Position numbers and translations under genes: made by a program | From: an uncultured Oligoflexus sp. | Lineage (GTDB): Bacteria > Bdellovibrionota_B > Oligoflexia > Oligoflexales > Oligoflexaceae | Length of the DNA: 64,000 nucleotides | Reading direction: 5' to 3' | Assembly (NCBI GenBank): GCA_964236955.1 | Contig: CAXSGP010000004.1 | Span: 13,942 to 77,941, forward strand | Shown here: positions 40,430 through 50,836 of the stretch, in pieces | Layout of the letters: each line of letters opens with the position of its first letter | Numbering within the stretch: position 1 is the stretch's first letter | The notes under the pieces: generated by a model | The model's database searches: none | What the model saw: only the letters and a program-made list of their open reading frames with translations | Told to the model about the DNA's origin: nothing

Positions 40430-41119
40430 TTAAAAAACAACGACACCAAAAGTGAGCTTTAACGCATACATTACCGAATGGTCAGTGACCGATTGAGAAG
40501 AAATGACTTCGGGGACATCTTTTTTATCAACGATCGTTTCTATCGTCCGGTAGTAGTTCGTGGTCCCACCAAATTCAAGAAACCAAGCCGTCCCATCGCG
40601 CGCATTTTGCAAGATGCCATAGGCAAGGCTAAAAATATTCCCTTCGATTTGCGTCCTGTCCCCGCCGAGATCAAACTCCTTGGGCTTTTGCCCCTTATTA
40701 ATAAAGACTGAGGGGCCGCGACCGCCAGCGAAGCGAACGTAAGGATGAGAAAGGGCAGGCGCCAGGCTGGTGGGCAGGCGGACGCGTAATCCCAGAGTCC
40801 CCATCGTGCTCCAAATCAAAAGACGTTTGACCCTATTAAATGCAACATCGGTGCTGACTTCGAAAGCATAGTCATTGAAGAAGTAATAGCCGACGTTGGT
40901 CTGAAGGTTCAGGCCAAGACCGGCGCCCTGGGAAAGCAGATCGGATTTAAAATAAGAGGTGTTCAAACCCATGCCCGCCGCCAGGTGAAGACCGCTGCTC
41001 CAATGTCCTGCCGTGAAATTCTTAATTTCAATGGGTTCCCCTTCGTCGGCCTGCAGCCGATAGGGAAAGGGGATAGCGGCGACGATAACGAAAACGATCC
41101 AGGCAATATTGAATCTCAT
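40430..41119 (-). CDS. Probable outer-membrane beta-barrel protein
   Basis: Signal peptide; ~8 amphipathic strands; ends LKLTFGVVVF; 4-nt overlap with upstream gene. Confidence 0.65.
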   Translation of the reverse strand: MRFNIAWIVFVIVAAIPFPYRLQADEGEPIEIKNFTAGHWSSGLHLAAGMGLNTSYFKSDLLSQGAGLGLNLQTNVGYYFFNDYAFEVSTDVAFNRVKRLLIWSTMGTLGLRVRLPTSLAPALSHPYVRFAGGRGPSVFINKGQKPKEFDLGGDRTQIEGNIFSLAYGILQNARDGTAWFLEFGGTTNYYRTIETIVDKKDVPEVISSQSVTDHSVMYALKLTFGVVVF

Positions 41120-41781
41120 AAATCCGCCTTAAAAGTCAGGGTTAATGCGGCTTTATCGTTTTGCTTGATAGGGTATAAACCCAGTTGATAGTGAGAACTC
41201 GGCAGCGCCGTGAATGGGTCGAAGAGATAGCCGATAATGGTGGTGGGCCAGGTTTCCAAAGAGTGCATGTAGAGGCTGACGCGCTCAAAGCCCATCCCGA
41301 CTATCGATCCAAATACTGGGGTTTGATAGATGTCCTGGTAGCTTGGTCTTTCGGTAACTGTTTCTATGGTGAACTCAAACGCCAATGATGAGAGGGCCGC
41401 CCACTGAAACGAGTCTTTTTGAGTGTAGCCCCTCGAACGATAAAATTGGTAATAGTACTGGCCAACTCCGGTATGTTTGATCAGATTATAATTAAAATGA
41501 TCTTTGTCAAAGTGAGGTTTGGTCATATTTTCATGCCAATTTTGAAAAGATCCCTTGTCCCTTATGGTTTCGCCCTGGCTACCGTAATAGATGAGCCACT
41601 GGGCGCCATATACATAGCCAAAATTCATGAGCTTTTCAGAATCCGAAAAGTTGTCCTCGAGTTTTTGCTTATAATCGCTTGACGGCGATGTTTCCGCAAG
41701 TATCACGGGTGCAAGCGCCATTGAGACGAAAAGGTTGGCAAGGTATAGGCCGAAGTAGACTGATGGTGAACAGCGCGTCAT
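41116..41781 (-). CDS. DUF3943-like exported protein (start uncertain)
   Basis: FDKD.F..N...H...G..YY...R..GY...S.....S..FEFTIE...ERPS.QD...TP..G...G. Confidence 0.75.
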   Translation of the reverse strand: MTRCSPSVYFGLYLANLFVSMALAPVILAETSPSSDYKQKLEDNFSDSEKLMNFGYVYGAQWLIYYGSQGETIRDKGSFQNWHENMTKPHFDKDHFNYNLIKHTGVGQYYYQFYRSRGYTQKDSFQWAALSSLAFEFTIETVTERPSYQDIYQTPVFGSIVGMGFERVSLYMHSLETWPTTIIGYLFDPFTALPSSHYQLGLYPIKQNDKAALTLTFKADL

Positions 41782-41882
41782 ATTTCGTGTCCATGGTAAA
41801 ATGTAGTCTATATTTGAGCCTGAATAAGGAGGAGCGTCAACACTTAAGCCAACGCCCATTGATAATAAACTTGTAGGATCTT

Positions 41883-42623
41883 TTATTGGGAAGCGACCGG
41901 CCTGTGAAACAATTCTACAGCTCTTGCTTGGTTAGGGACATAGCTAACGGCAGTTTTATCATATGCTGTCCGAGAGATTCTAAAGGATCCATCGACATTG
42001 GGCAGGTAACAGACTTCAGTAGCTTCGGTCGTATTCTCACACCAGGCGCTGTCCCGGTAGTAAGGCTCGCGCACCAATTGGCAGGAGGACTCTATCGCAG
42101 AACGATCGGTGATAAGATGCGAAATAGCGTCTATAGCTCCGTAAAGGCCGTGACTGTCCATTTCCTGACTGACATATAGTGGAGTCAGGGCGGCGTTGGC
42201 GTTGAAAAGGCTCTTGCAACGGTTGGCGATTGGTACATATATGGGACCAAAGCGCATACTGATATCATTGATACAATTACTGATGGCCTCATAAAGTTGA
42301 GGGGTATACTGCAATCCATGGCGACCGAACAGAAAAATCTTTGACTTCGTGTGAAAACCATCGAGATTGCAAACAAATGGCCTTGGTTCCAGAAACTGAT
42401 CGTCATTAAAATCGTAGGGTTTCATAGTCAGCTTTAATGTGCAGGCTTGATCACTGTCGCACTGGATGGCGTCAAAACTCCAGTTGCTATCGCCTTCGCA
42501 CCAGCTGTCACCGCAGATATTATCGATGGATTGTAAGAGATCACTTTGTTCGATGTCTGACAAAAGTGACTCAGCATGCGCCGCAGAACTCATAAATAGC
42601 AAAGCCCATAGTAGAGTTTTCAT
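41883..42623 (-). CDS. Secreted cysteine-rich hypothetical protein
   Basis: Signal peptide (AHA-E); IDNICGDSWCEGD motif; about 10 Cys. Confidence 0.7.
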   Translation of the reverse strand: MKTLLWALLFMSSAAHAESLLSDIEQSDLLQSIDNICGDSWCEGDSNWSFDAIQCDSDQACTLKLTMKPYDFNDDQFLEPRPFVCNLDGFHTKSKIFLFGRHGLQYTPQLYEAISNCINDISMRFGPIYVPIANRCKSLFNANAALTPLYVSQEMDSHGLYGAIDAISHLITDRSAIESSCQLVREPYYRDSAWCENTTEATEVCYLPNVDGSFRISRTAYDKTAVSYVPNQARAVELFHRPVASQ

Positions 42624-42769
42624 ATAGTCAATTCCTCTGAAGTTAATTCTTGGCCACGGTCAAGTGGAAAGCGAATGTAACTCAAGCGAATTTAATGTGG
42701 CAATAGACATCCCGTTGGCCAGTAGGGTTTGCCGACCCGGCTTATTCTATTATGGTAGGAAATCTCGCG

Positions 42770-44386
42770 CTAAAATTCTATCTCGGGCAGCTGTTCGACA
42801 AACTCAACCTGCTTAGGTAATTTGTACGATGTCAGTTCCTTTTTGCAGTAATCGCGAATGTCAGCGGCGATAAGCCCTTGTTTCCTTGGTACTATATAGG
42901 CTTTGATAGCTTCGCCATTGACCGGGTGATTTCGACCGACGACACGAGCGTCCTCTATATCGGGATGAGATTTTAATACTTTTTCAATTTCTACGGGATA
43001 GACATTAAAGCCCGATACGAGGATCATACGTTTTTTTCTGCCAATTATTTTCCAATAGTTATCCTTATCGAAACTGGCCAAATCGCCCGTTCGCATCCAT
43101 CCTTCCTTGTCGATATGACTGTCGGTTTGGTCCTTCTTTTGCCAGTATCCCTTCATGACCTGCGGGCCTCTTACCCAGAGTTCGCCGCTGGTGTCGGGCC
43201 TATCGATGAGGTGGTCGTTGGTATCGGTCAGTCTCATTTCGGTCTGAGGCATCGGTTTACCGATCGTACCGAGCCTATTGTCGTGACGCGGATTCCAGCT
43301 TGCCACCGGCGAGAGTTCGGTCATGCCGAAGCCTTCGAGAATAGGGCCGTGAGTCAGTTCCTGCCATTTTTGTGCAACCAAAGGGTCAAGTTTCATACCT
43401 CCGGCGATGGCGAATTTAAAGGAACTAAAATCAATGCTGCTGAAACTGCTCATCCGCATCAATGCAAAGAAAAGGGTGTTGACGCCCGTGATAAGGGTGA
43501 ACTTCCAGCGTTTCAATTCGGCGATCAGAGCCGGCATGTTCCCGGCATCGAGAATCAGAATATTATGGGAACCTGAGAGTAACGAAGCGGCGCAATGCAC
43601 GGTGAAAGAGAAGATATGGTAAATGGGCAAAGGTGCGATCAGAATTTCCTTGCCTGCTGTGATTTCATCACTCAGGAAGTGATTGACTTGTTCCATGTTG
43701 GCGACAAGATTCGCGTGGGTTAGCATTGCGCCCATATGAACGCCGCTGGACCCACCCGTATACTGCAGCATCGCCAGATCGCTGGCCTGCAGACCTGGTT
43801 TGACCCAAGGACGCCTGCCTCCTTCCCGGAGGATTTTTTGAAGGGCTATCGTTCCTTGCCGGGGATAGCTTTTGATGGCCTTCTTACGATAGCGAAGTAC
43901 AAACTGAAAGGTATTCCGCTGCAGCCAGGGATGCAGTTCAAACAGCCTGCAGACGACGATCAAGGGACAATTTAATTGGGTTCGTACCCCCGCGATAAGA
44001 TGGGCGGAGATATCCGCACAAAACCAGGCTCTGACATCGGCGTCTTTAAGTTGCCGCTGGGTTTCGGGCACTGTGTACTGAGGATTGAGGTTAACGATCA
44101 CCATCCCCGCCTGAAGAATACCCCAGGCGAGCACGGGATAGAGCAGGGTATTGGGAGTCTGCACCGCGACCCGATCCCCGACCTTGAGTTGAGGATGATT
44201 TTGCAGGTAGCTGGCAAGCTTACGGCTTAGTTGGATCATCTGTTCATAAGTGATGGTTTGGCCCTGCTGCGAGTAAGCCGGCAAAGTGGAGAATTTTTTG
44301 CGCACATCTTCTATATAATCGATTAGAGTCTTGGTTTTATCCCAAGTATAAAGACCGGCTGGAGAACTATTTAATGGTGCAGGCAT
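42770..44386 (-). CDS. Long-chain fatty acid-CoA ligase (FadD)-like protein with degenerate catalytic motifs
   Basis: LQYTGGSSG, PLPIYHIFS, GFGMTE.SP, GPQVMKGYW, TGDLA, SGFNVYP; A10 motif missing. Confidence 0.8.
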   Translation of the reverse strand: MPAPLNSSPAGLYTWDKTKTLIDYIEDVRKKFSTLPAYSQQGQTITYEQMIQLSRKLASYLQNHPQLKVGDRVAVQTPNTLLYPVLAWGILQAGMVIVNLNPQYTVPETQRQLKDADVRAWFCADISAHLIAGVRTQLNCPLIVVCRLFELHPWLQRNTFQFVLRYRKKAIKSYPRQGTIALQKILREGGRRPWVKPGLQASDLAMLQYTGGSSGVHMGAMLTHANLVANMEQVNHFLSDEITAGKEILIAPLPIYHIFSFTVHCAASLLSGSHNILILDAGNMPALIAELKRWKFTLITGVNTLFFALMRMSSFSSIDFSSFKFAIAGGMKLDPLVAQKWQELTHGPILEGFGMTELSPVASWNPRHDNRLGTIGKPMPQTEMRLTDTNDHLIDRPDTSGELWVRGPQVMKGYWQKKDQTDSHIDKEGWMRTGDLASFDKDNYWKIIGRKKRMILVSGFNVYPVEIEKVLKSHPDIEDARVVGRNHPVNGEAIKAYIVPRKQGLIAADIRDYCKKELTSYKLPKQVEFVEQLPEIEF

Positions 44387-44793
44387 CGGCAGCGTGTCCT
44401 TTTCATTAAGTCAGAAGCCAGGCTTCATTTGAAGAAGCCCGCATACTCCTAATGGTATATCAGCGAGTAATAGCAGAAAAAATTCACAGGTTTAACTTTG
44501 AAACCGCTAACTTATCATGACCAAGGAAGAGCCACGAGCGCTTTCATTAAAAGACGTGGATAAGCTTTCGCCGGGCAGAGTGCCATGGGGCACGAAATTG
44601 CCTAAATGGCCTGTTTTTTCGATTGAATCGGTTCCTTCCAACGGCTCTCCTTGCCATTATTTTAAATGGGTCTCGACCTGCCACCAAAGAAGCGACGCTC
44701 ACGACTATTTATCAGCCCCTTATTGCATGCCGCGCCCACACAAGGCAAAATAGACCTATATCGAACTCGAGTATTCCCTAGGGAGAGCGCAGC

Positions 44794-45240
44794 ATGAGTG
44801 AACAAAAGCGTAAGCTTACCAATTTCCTGTTGCAGCCTCTTCTGCAGGTTCGACTCGGTCTCTACGCAATACTTCTGTCACTGGTCTTTGGGATCAGCGT
44901 CTTTGCCATCATCTATATCAACTTCTATAAGTTCTATGATCTCGTTCTGGAACTTACTGATTTGCGCGAGGAAGTCTCGGAGATCCTCAATTCTTACATT
45001 CATGGTATCGTTGTGTGGATGCTCCTGGCGCTGATTGTCTATTTCGTGATCACCGTCGCCATTTCTATCTTTTTCACCCATCGATTGGTAGGACCGACCT
45101 ACGCTTTTCGTCGACATATCAAAGACCTTTCGCGGGGCAACTACGCGTCACGGGTCGTCCTTAGAAAAGGCGATGCTTTTCAGGAAGTCGCCGATGATCT
45201 AAATGAACTTGCCGTCAAGCTTGAGAAGCGCCAAACCTGA
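44794..45240 (+). CDS. Small two-TM HAMP domain membrane protein
   Basis: RK..NFL..P..Q; two TMs; THRLVGP...F...I..L..G.Y...V.LRKGD.F.EVA..LNEL. Confidence 0.8.
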   Translation: MSEQKRKLTNFLLQPLLQVRLGLYAILLSLVFGISVFAIIYINFYKFYDLVLELTDLREEVSEILNSYIHGIVVWMLLALIVYFVITVAISIFFTHRLVGPTYAFRRHIKDLSRGNYASRVVLRKGDAFQEVADDLNELAVKLEKRQT

Positions 45241-45255
45241 AAGCGAGGTCTGTCC

Positions 45256-46197
45256 TTGAGTGCCCACTCTGCCGATTGGTTTGCGAGCGGCCTTGGAGCC
45301 GACCTTCCCGCAGGTCTCGATAGAATTCTCCGTCAGGAACAAAGCAAGATTCACTTTGTGCAGGCCCTGCGTAATGCATTAGTGAATCCCGCAGCGCATG
45401 CTCCCGATCAAATCCGCCTCCTTCACGACGATGTCAGAGCCCTTGAAAAAACCCTGCGGCTTCGCGTCGGGCTCTTGCCGCTTGACAAACCGCAGGCCTG
45501 GTTTCGTTCCAGCGTTCCAAGCGATAATGACAAAAGCCCCATAGCAAGCACCAGCTATCATGAACCTATTTTTATGGCTTTTGAGGAATCCCAAGCCATG
45601 TCCCTCAGACAGTTGATTCCTGAGTTCTGGAAGCAGGCTGTGGTGGCGACGGATCGCTATAATCCAGGGTCTTCCCTTTGGGGACGGCTTTTGGCGCTTA
45701 ACAAGCGGCTGCATGCCCTAAATAATCTCCGCTCGCCATTTCAGGATATTTCGCTGGAGGAGCTGCCGGACGCCATTCCTGATGAATTAAACAGTCCCTC
45801 GCTCAATCAATTTGGACTCCAGATTGCAACGCGTATCAAGGCCTGTCGCAATGATCTCGAAGCCTCTTACGGTTTTCTATGGGCCCGTACGGAATCCTTT
45901 CTCTATGCCCAGCATATCCAGTATATGGCGCAAAAATCCCGCAATAGCTGGCAGGCGAAGCCCAAAGATGAACCAGAGAGGCCCCCTTCGCCGCCGATTC
46001 CAAAACGTAAACTCAGTCCTCTCGAGGAGGCCTTGAGCTTTATGAGCTTTTCCCGACTTCCCAGTTTTTCCGACCTGCGGCATCGCTATCGGGCAATGGC
46101 TCAGGCCCTTCATCCCGATCGAGGGGGCTGCGAGGAGCGCTTTAAGCTCCTCACGTTGCATTACCAGGCACTTCTGAAGCAGCTCCAGCGCTTTTAA
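45256..46197 (+). CDS. Protein with C-terminal J domain
   Basis: L..RYR.MA..LHPDRGG..E.FK.L...Y..L at C-terminus after a Pro-rich linker. Confidence 0.8.
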   Translation: MSAHSADWFASGLGADLPAGLDRILRQEQSKIHFVQALRNALVNPAAHAPDQIRLLHDDVRALEKTLRLRVGLLPLDKPQAWFRSSVPSDNDKSPIASTSYHEPIFMAFEESQAMSLRQLIPEFWKQAVVATDRYNPGSSLWGRLLALNKRLHALNNLRSPFQDISLEELPDAIPDELNSPSLNQFGLQIATRIKACRNDLEASYGFLWARTESFLYAQHIQYMAQKSRNSWQAKPKDEPERPPSPPIPKRKLSPLEEALSFMSFSRLPSFSDLRHRYRAMAQALHPDRGGCEERFKLLTLHYQALLKQLQRF

Positions 46198-46413
46198 GAG
46201 CCCTACATTTATCCAATTTGACACGTTGCTGCCTCTCGGCAAACCCCCTATTGTCATTTCAATCGGGGTCTTAACTGCTATCCCGCCGGAACGCCTTCGA
46301 TAAGTTGGCATAATTTATCAACTTAGAGGATTATCTCCTTGCGAGGCCACGTAAGGATTGTTAATTCAAGGCCTTGTTCCGTGTATCCGGAGTCATCCGG
46401 AAGGGGTTATTTT

Positions 46414-47610
46414 ATGAAAGCTTTGTTCCCGATTTTCAAAAGTCATCCCGATCTCGTCTATCTCGATAGCAATGCCACGAGCCAAAAGCCCGAGGTCGTC
46501 ATCGAGGCGATCGAACGATATTACCGCAGCGAGAACGCGAATGTTCACCGAGGTGTCTATCAACTCTCGGAGAATGCCACGCGTTTTTTTGAAGAATCCC
46601 GACTGCGCATAGCAGCGTATATCAATGCCGAAGCTCCCGAAGTGATATTCACTCGCGGAACCACTGAGGCGATCAATCTCGTTGCTCACTCCGGTGGTCA
46701 GGCTTTTCTAAGGGCTGGTGATGAGATTGTACTCACAGTCTGTGAGCATCATTCCAATATCGTACCCTGGCAAATCGCGGCGGAGCGGCATGGAGCGAAG
46801 ATCCGCTATATTCCTCTGAATGCCGATCGGCGACTCGATCTCGACGAGGCCCGTCGTTTGATTACAAGTAAAACGCGCATGATCTCGATTGGCCATATTT
46901 CCAATGTCCTGGGCATAATCCATCCCATTCGTGAGATTATCAAAATGGGCAAAGCCGTTGGTGCGCTGACCATGATTGACGGTGCTCAGGCCATTCCTCA
47001 TCTGCGGGTTGATGTCAAAGAGCTCGATTGCGATTTTTATGCTTTCAGCGGCCATAAGGCTTTTGGACCGACTGGTATCGGCGTCCTTTTCGGCCGTAAA
47101 CCCTTGCTCCAGGTCATGCCGCCCTATCAGGGCGGCGGTGATATGATAGAAAAAGTGACGCTCGAAGGCTCGACCTGGAATGAACTCCCAAGCAAATTCG
47201 AAGCGGGCACCCCGCATATTGAAGGCGTCATCGGTCTGGGTGCGGCGATTGATTTTCTAAAAAGTCTTCCCTTGGAAAAAATACTAAGCCACGATCAGGC
47301 CCTTGGTCGCCTGCTTGTCAAACGATTGCGGGAAGAATTTCCTCGCGTGCAGATCATGGTTGAACCGGGTGAAGACTGGGTAGGAACCGTTACGATCGCG
47401 CATGCCAATATTCATCCCCATGACTTAGCAGCGGTGTGCGATGGTGATCATATTGCGATACGAGCCGGACACCACTGCGCCCAGCCATTGATGGAAGTGC
47501 TTGGCGTCAAAGCTACGGCGCGTATCGCCCCTGGACTTTATAATGACGAAGCCGATATTGAACGATTCCTCGGCGCACTGCGCAAAGCTGAAAAATTATT
47601 TTTGACTTGA
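46414..47610 (+). CDS. sufS: Cysteine desulfurase SufS
   Basis: YLDSNATSQKP, NVHRG, EHHSNIVPW, FSGHK, FEAGTP, RAGHHCAQP. Confidence 0.93.
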   Translation: MKALFPIFKSHPDLVYLDSNATSQKPEVVIEAIERYYRSENANVHRGVYQLSENATRFFEESRLRIAAYINAEAPEVIFTRGTTEAINLVAHSGGQAFLRAGDEIVLTVCEHHSNIVPWQIAAERHGAKIRYIPLNADRRLDLDEARRLITSKTRMISIGHISNVLGIIHPIREIIKMGKAVGALTMIDGAQAIPHLRVDVKELDCDFYAFSGHKAFGPTGIGVLFGRKPLLQVMPPYQGGGDMIEKVTLEGSTWNELPSKFEAGTPHIEGVIGLGAAIDFLKSLPLEKILSHDQALGRLLVKRLREEFPRVQIMVEPGEDWVGTVTIAHANIHPHDLAAVCDGDHIAIRAGHHCAQPLMEVLGVKATARIAPGLYNDEADIERFLGALRKAEKLFLT

Positions 47611-47619
47611 GATCAGACC

Positions 47620-48039
47620 GTGACCGAACAGTGGAAAGCTATAATTCTCGACCACTACAGAAACCCTCGTCATTACGGCGAGTTAAATCCATTTTCTTTC
47701 GCCTCGGAGCAGCATAATCGCACCTGCGGCGATATGGTAAAAGTTTTTGCCGCCATCGACGCCAATGGAAAGGCGCGGTTTAGTTTCACGGGGGCTGGCT
47801 GTTCGCTTTGCCTTGCTAGCGCTTCGCTTATGATGGAACTGCTACAGGACCAAACTTTAGCGGATGCACGAAAGGTCCATGATGAATTTCAAGCGATGTG
47901 GTCCCTGGGCGCCGAGAGCGGAGGATTAGCCAATTGGCAGGCACTCGACGGACTGCGACGGTATCCCGTGCGATCACGCTGTGTAAAGCTGTCCTGGCAA
48001 GCCCTTGAAGACATCATCAGGCTTTGGATGGCAGCTTAA
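47620..48039 (+). CDS. sufU: SufU (NifU-like) sulfur transfer/Fe-S protein
   Basis: ILDHY.NPR, N.TCGD, GCSLC.ASAS, P.R..C..L.W. Confidence 0.9.
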   Translation: MTEQWKAIILDHYRNPRHYGELNPFSFASEQHNRTCGDMVKVFAAIDANGKARFSFTGAGCSLCLASASLMMELLQDQTLADARKVHDEFQAMWSLGAESGGLANWQALDGLRRYPVRSRCVKLSWQALEDIIRLWMAA

Positions 48040-48237
48040 GGCGGAGCTGATGAAGACATTTTTCAGAGGGCCAAAGTGTAAGGAAACGTGGGGATGCCGA
48101 AGAGAGTTGATCAGCGCCCACGCGAGAGTATAGCTAAGTAAAAAAAATCGAGTCTTCCCTATAGAAGACCCGATTGCCATGAGAAGAAGGATAGATAAGC
48201 TTAGGGAAGCAAGAGGCCATGGACCTCTTGTGTCGTA

Positions 48238-50616
48238 TTAGATTTGAAAGACGCTAGGGTTGATGGTGCCTTCCGTGCCAGCAAGTTCGGAGAGAGGATG
48301 ACCTTTCAGCGACAGGCCCAAAGCGCGCTCCAGAAGTTCTTCAACCGTTTGAACACAGATAAACTCAAGCTCATTTCTTACTTCCTCCGGCACATCCTGA
48401 ATGTCCTTGCGATTGCGTTCCGACAGGATGATGGAGCGGATACCAGCTCTATGAGCCGCGAGTACTTTTTCCTTGATTCCACCCACCGCAGTCACCGTGC
48501 CCCGCAGAGTAATCTCTCCGGTCATAGCCAGGCGAGGGTTAACCGGTCGTTTACTGAGGAGTGAAATCAGTGCGGTGAGCATCGTCACACCCGCCGAAGG
48601 TCCATCTTTTGGTATCGCTCCTGCCGGCACATGGACATGAATATCAGTTTTATCAAAATCAACCCCTGCATCAAACAGCGGTAACATCGATCGAGCATGA
48701 GTCATGGCAATCTGCACCGATTCCTTCATGACATCGCCCATCTGTCCCGTTAGGGTCAGCTGTCCTTTGCCCTTCATCGATTTCGCTTCGATAAAGAGGA
48801 TGTCACCGCCCATCGGGGTCCAGGCCAGGCCTGTAACGACACCTGGAGGCATATGAGCTTCGGCAACTTCCGGTGTAAAGCGCTCATGGCCCAATATTGG
48901 CTCCAAGGCTTTTACGCCAAGCGTAATTGTTCCCTCCGTTTGCAGTATTTTTTCCGTACTCCCACGAATAAGGGCCGCCATTTTACGCTTCAACTCGCGA
49001 ACCCCAGCTTCGCGCGTGTAGTGAGTCACGACTCGGAGCAGGGCGTCCTCGGCCAGTATCAAACGCTCCTTATTAACACCATGCTCTTCAAGGGCCTCGG
49101 GCCATAGATGCTGCTTCGCAATGTGGAGCTTCTCCGCTGTTGTATATCCCGACAGTGAGATGATCTCCATACGGTCCCGCAGCGGGGCAGGTATCGTATC
49201 GAGGCTGTTGGCCGTTGCGATAAACATGACCTTGGACAGATCATAGGGTGCTTCCAGATAATGATCCCGGAAGTTCTTGTTTTGTTCTGGATCGAGCACT
49301 TCCAGCAAGGCGGCAGCGGGGTCACCGGTGTAACCTTGAGACAGTTTGTCGATCTCATCGAGAAGGAACACGGGATTGTTCGACTTCAACTGTTTCATCG
49401 CCTGGATGATGCGGCCTGGTCTGGATCCCAAATAGGTTCGGCGATGCCCACGGATTTCCGCCTCATCCCGCACGCCGCCCAGCGAAGCCCTGACAAACTC
49501 ACGGCCCATCGCTTCAGCAATGCTCCTGCCCAAGCTGGTTTTACCAACACCAGGAGGGCCCACCAAAAGCAGAATCGAACCCTTGAAGTTTTGTTTGAGT
49601 TTCAAAACCGCAAGGTGCTGAACGATGCGATCCTTAACCTTTTCCAGACCATAGTGGTGGGCATTCAGGATCTCTCTTGATTTATCAAGATCAATCGCCG
49701 CCGTCCCCTTGCTGCCCCAAGGCAGGTTGAGTAAAAGGTCAAGGTAATTTTGTATGCCTGGAGCTTCCGGTGAATTGCGTTCCATCGATGCAAATCGCTC
49801 GGCTTCCTCAAGACCTATTCTCTGAATCTCCTCGGGCATGTCCTCATGCTCTTCGAAACGTTTCTGATAGTTGTTTTTTTCTGTGGAACGCTCACCCAGT
49901 TCCTCCTGGATTAAGCGCATCTGCTGCCGAAGTACGGCATCACGATTCTGTTTGCTGACACGATTCGATACCTTTCGGCCTATTTCGGCACGGACTTCCA
50001 GACTGTGTTTCATGTCCTGCATGAGCTCCAGCAGTTTGGCCAGCCGAACCTTTAAGGATGTCTCTCCAAGCAGTTCGATCTTAGTCGCTGACGAGGCCTC
50101 AAGGTGAGGAGCAATCAGATTGATCAAGAGTTCCGGATCATCAACTGCTCTCAGCATATCGGCTATCTGTTTCAGGTTACCCGGTATGAAGGTGATGATT
50201 TCGTCGACCAGATCTTTGATCGCTTCAAGATAGACAGCCTCGGTCGCCGCGTCGGTATCATGAATCAATTCAATAGGTTCACCCTGCACGAGAACACGCG
50301 GCTTATCCCAGACAAGATCGGTAATGCGATGGCGTTCAAGGCCACGGATGACAACCTGAACTTCTTTTTCATCAGCACCCCGCACATGCTCGACCTCAGC
50401 GAGACAGGCGGTTTCATAGATAGTTTTAAGGTTAATATGGGATGTGGCCTCTTTCAAGGTCACTACGTAAATCTGCTTAGTTCCTCTGGCCTTCATCTCG
50501 CGCAAAGCAGCGAGATTTTTCTCGTCGCTAATGGTCACGGGAGTTGCAGTTCCCGGAAAAAGGATGAACTGGGAGGAGACGATTGCTGCGTGCCAATTCG
50601 AAAATTTATCCGACAT
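48238..50616 (-). CDS. lon: ATP-dependent Lon protease
   Basis: [30 protein letters not shown] (Ser) and GGIKEK (Lys). Confidence 0.97.
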   Translation of the reverse strand: MSDKFSNWHAAIVSSQFILFPGTATPVTISDEKNLAALREMKARGTKQIYVVTLKEATSHINLKTIYETACLAEVEHVRGADEKEVQVVIRGLERHRITDLVWDKPRVLVQGEPIELIHDTDAATEAVYLEAIKDLVDEIITFIPGNLKQIADMLRAVDDPELLINLIAPHLEASSATKIELLGETSLKVRLAKLLELMQDMKHSLEVRAEIGRKVSNRVSKQNRDAVLRQQMRLIQEELGERSTEKNNYQKRFEEHEDMPEEIQRIGLEEAERFASMERNSPEAPGIQNYLDLLLNLPWGSKGTAAIDLDKSREILNAHHYGLEKVKDRIVQHLAVLKLKQNFKGSILLLVGPPGVGKTSLGRSIAEAMGREFVRASLGGVRDEAEIRGHRRTYLGSRPGRIIQAMKQLKSNNPVFLLDEIDKLSQGYTGDPAAALLEVLDPEQNKNFRDHYLEAPYDLSKVMFIATANSLDTIPAPLRDRMEIISLSGYTTAEKLHIAKQHLWPEALEEHGVNKERLILAEDALLRVVTHYTREAGVRELKRKMAALIRGSTEKILQTEGTITLGVKALEPILGHERFTPEVAEAHMPPGVVTGLAWTPMGGDILFIEAKSMKGKGQLTLTGQMGDVMKESVQIAMTHARSMLPLFDAGVDFDKTDIHVHVPAGAIPKDGPSAGVTMLTALISLLSKRPVNPRLAMTGEITLRGTVTAVGGIKEKVLAAHRAGIRSIILSERNRKDIQDVPEEVRNELEFICVQTVEELLERALGLSLKGHPLSELAGTEGTINPSVFQI

Positions 50617-50836
50617 AGTCTACCTCTGATTGAGGGGATATTGGAAACCCTTACTTTCTAAAGATGGGTCTGAACTTTGACTTGTCAAGGAGGGTAATAA
50701 ACTTCTTTAGAACTCTAACTTAAGCTTAGAATACTTTAATTAAATGAGAGGGATATAAGCGCGGCGCAGCTTGGAACCAAATACCCTGGAATGAGCGGCC
50801 GAGGTCCTTGATGGGCAAGGACCGGCCCATAGCGGT

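Noticed and set aside
42725..42750. gacccggcttat resembling the RNase P RNA 3' end
   Set aside because: No GAGGAAAGTCC 5' motif upstream, and the intergenic space is far too short
44517..44753. 78-aa ORF between the fadD-like and HAMP genes (also 21806..22012 and 27987..28184)
   Set aside because: No SD or recognisable features; probably promoter-containing intergenic DNA
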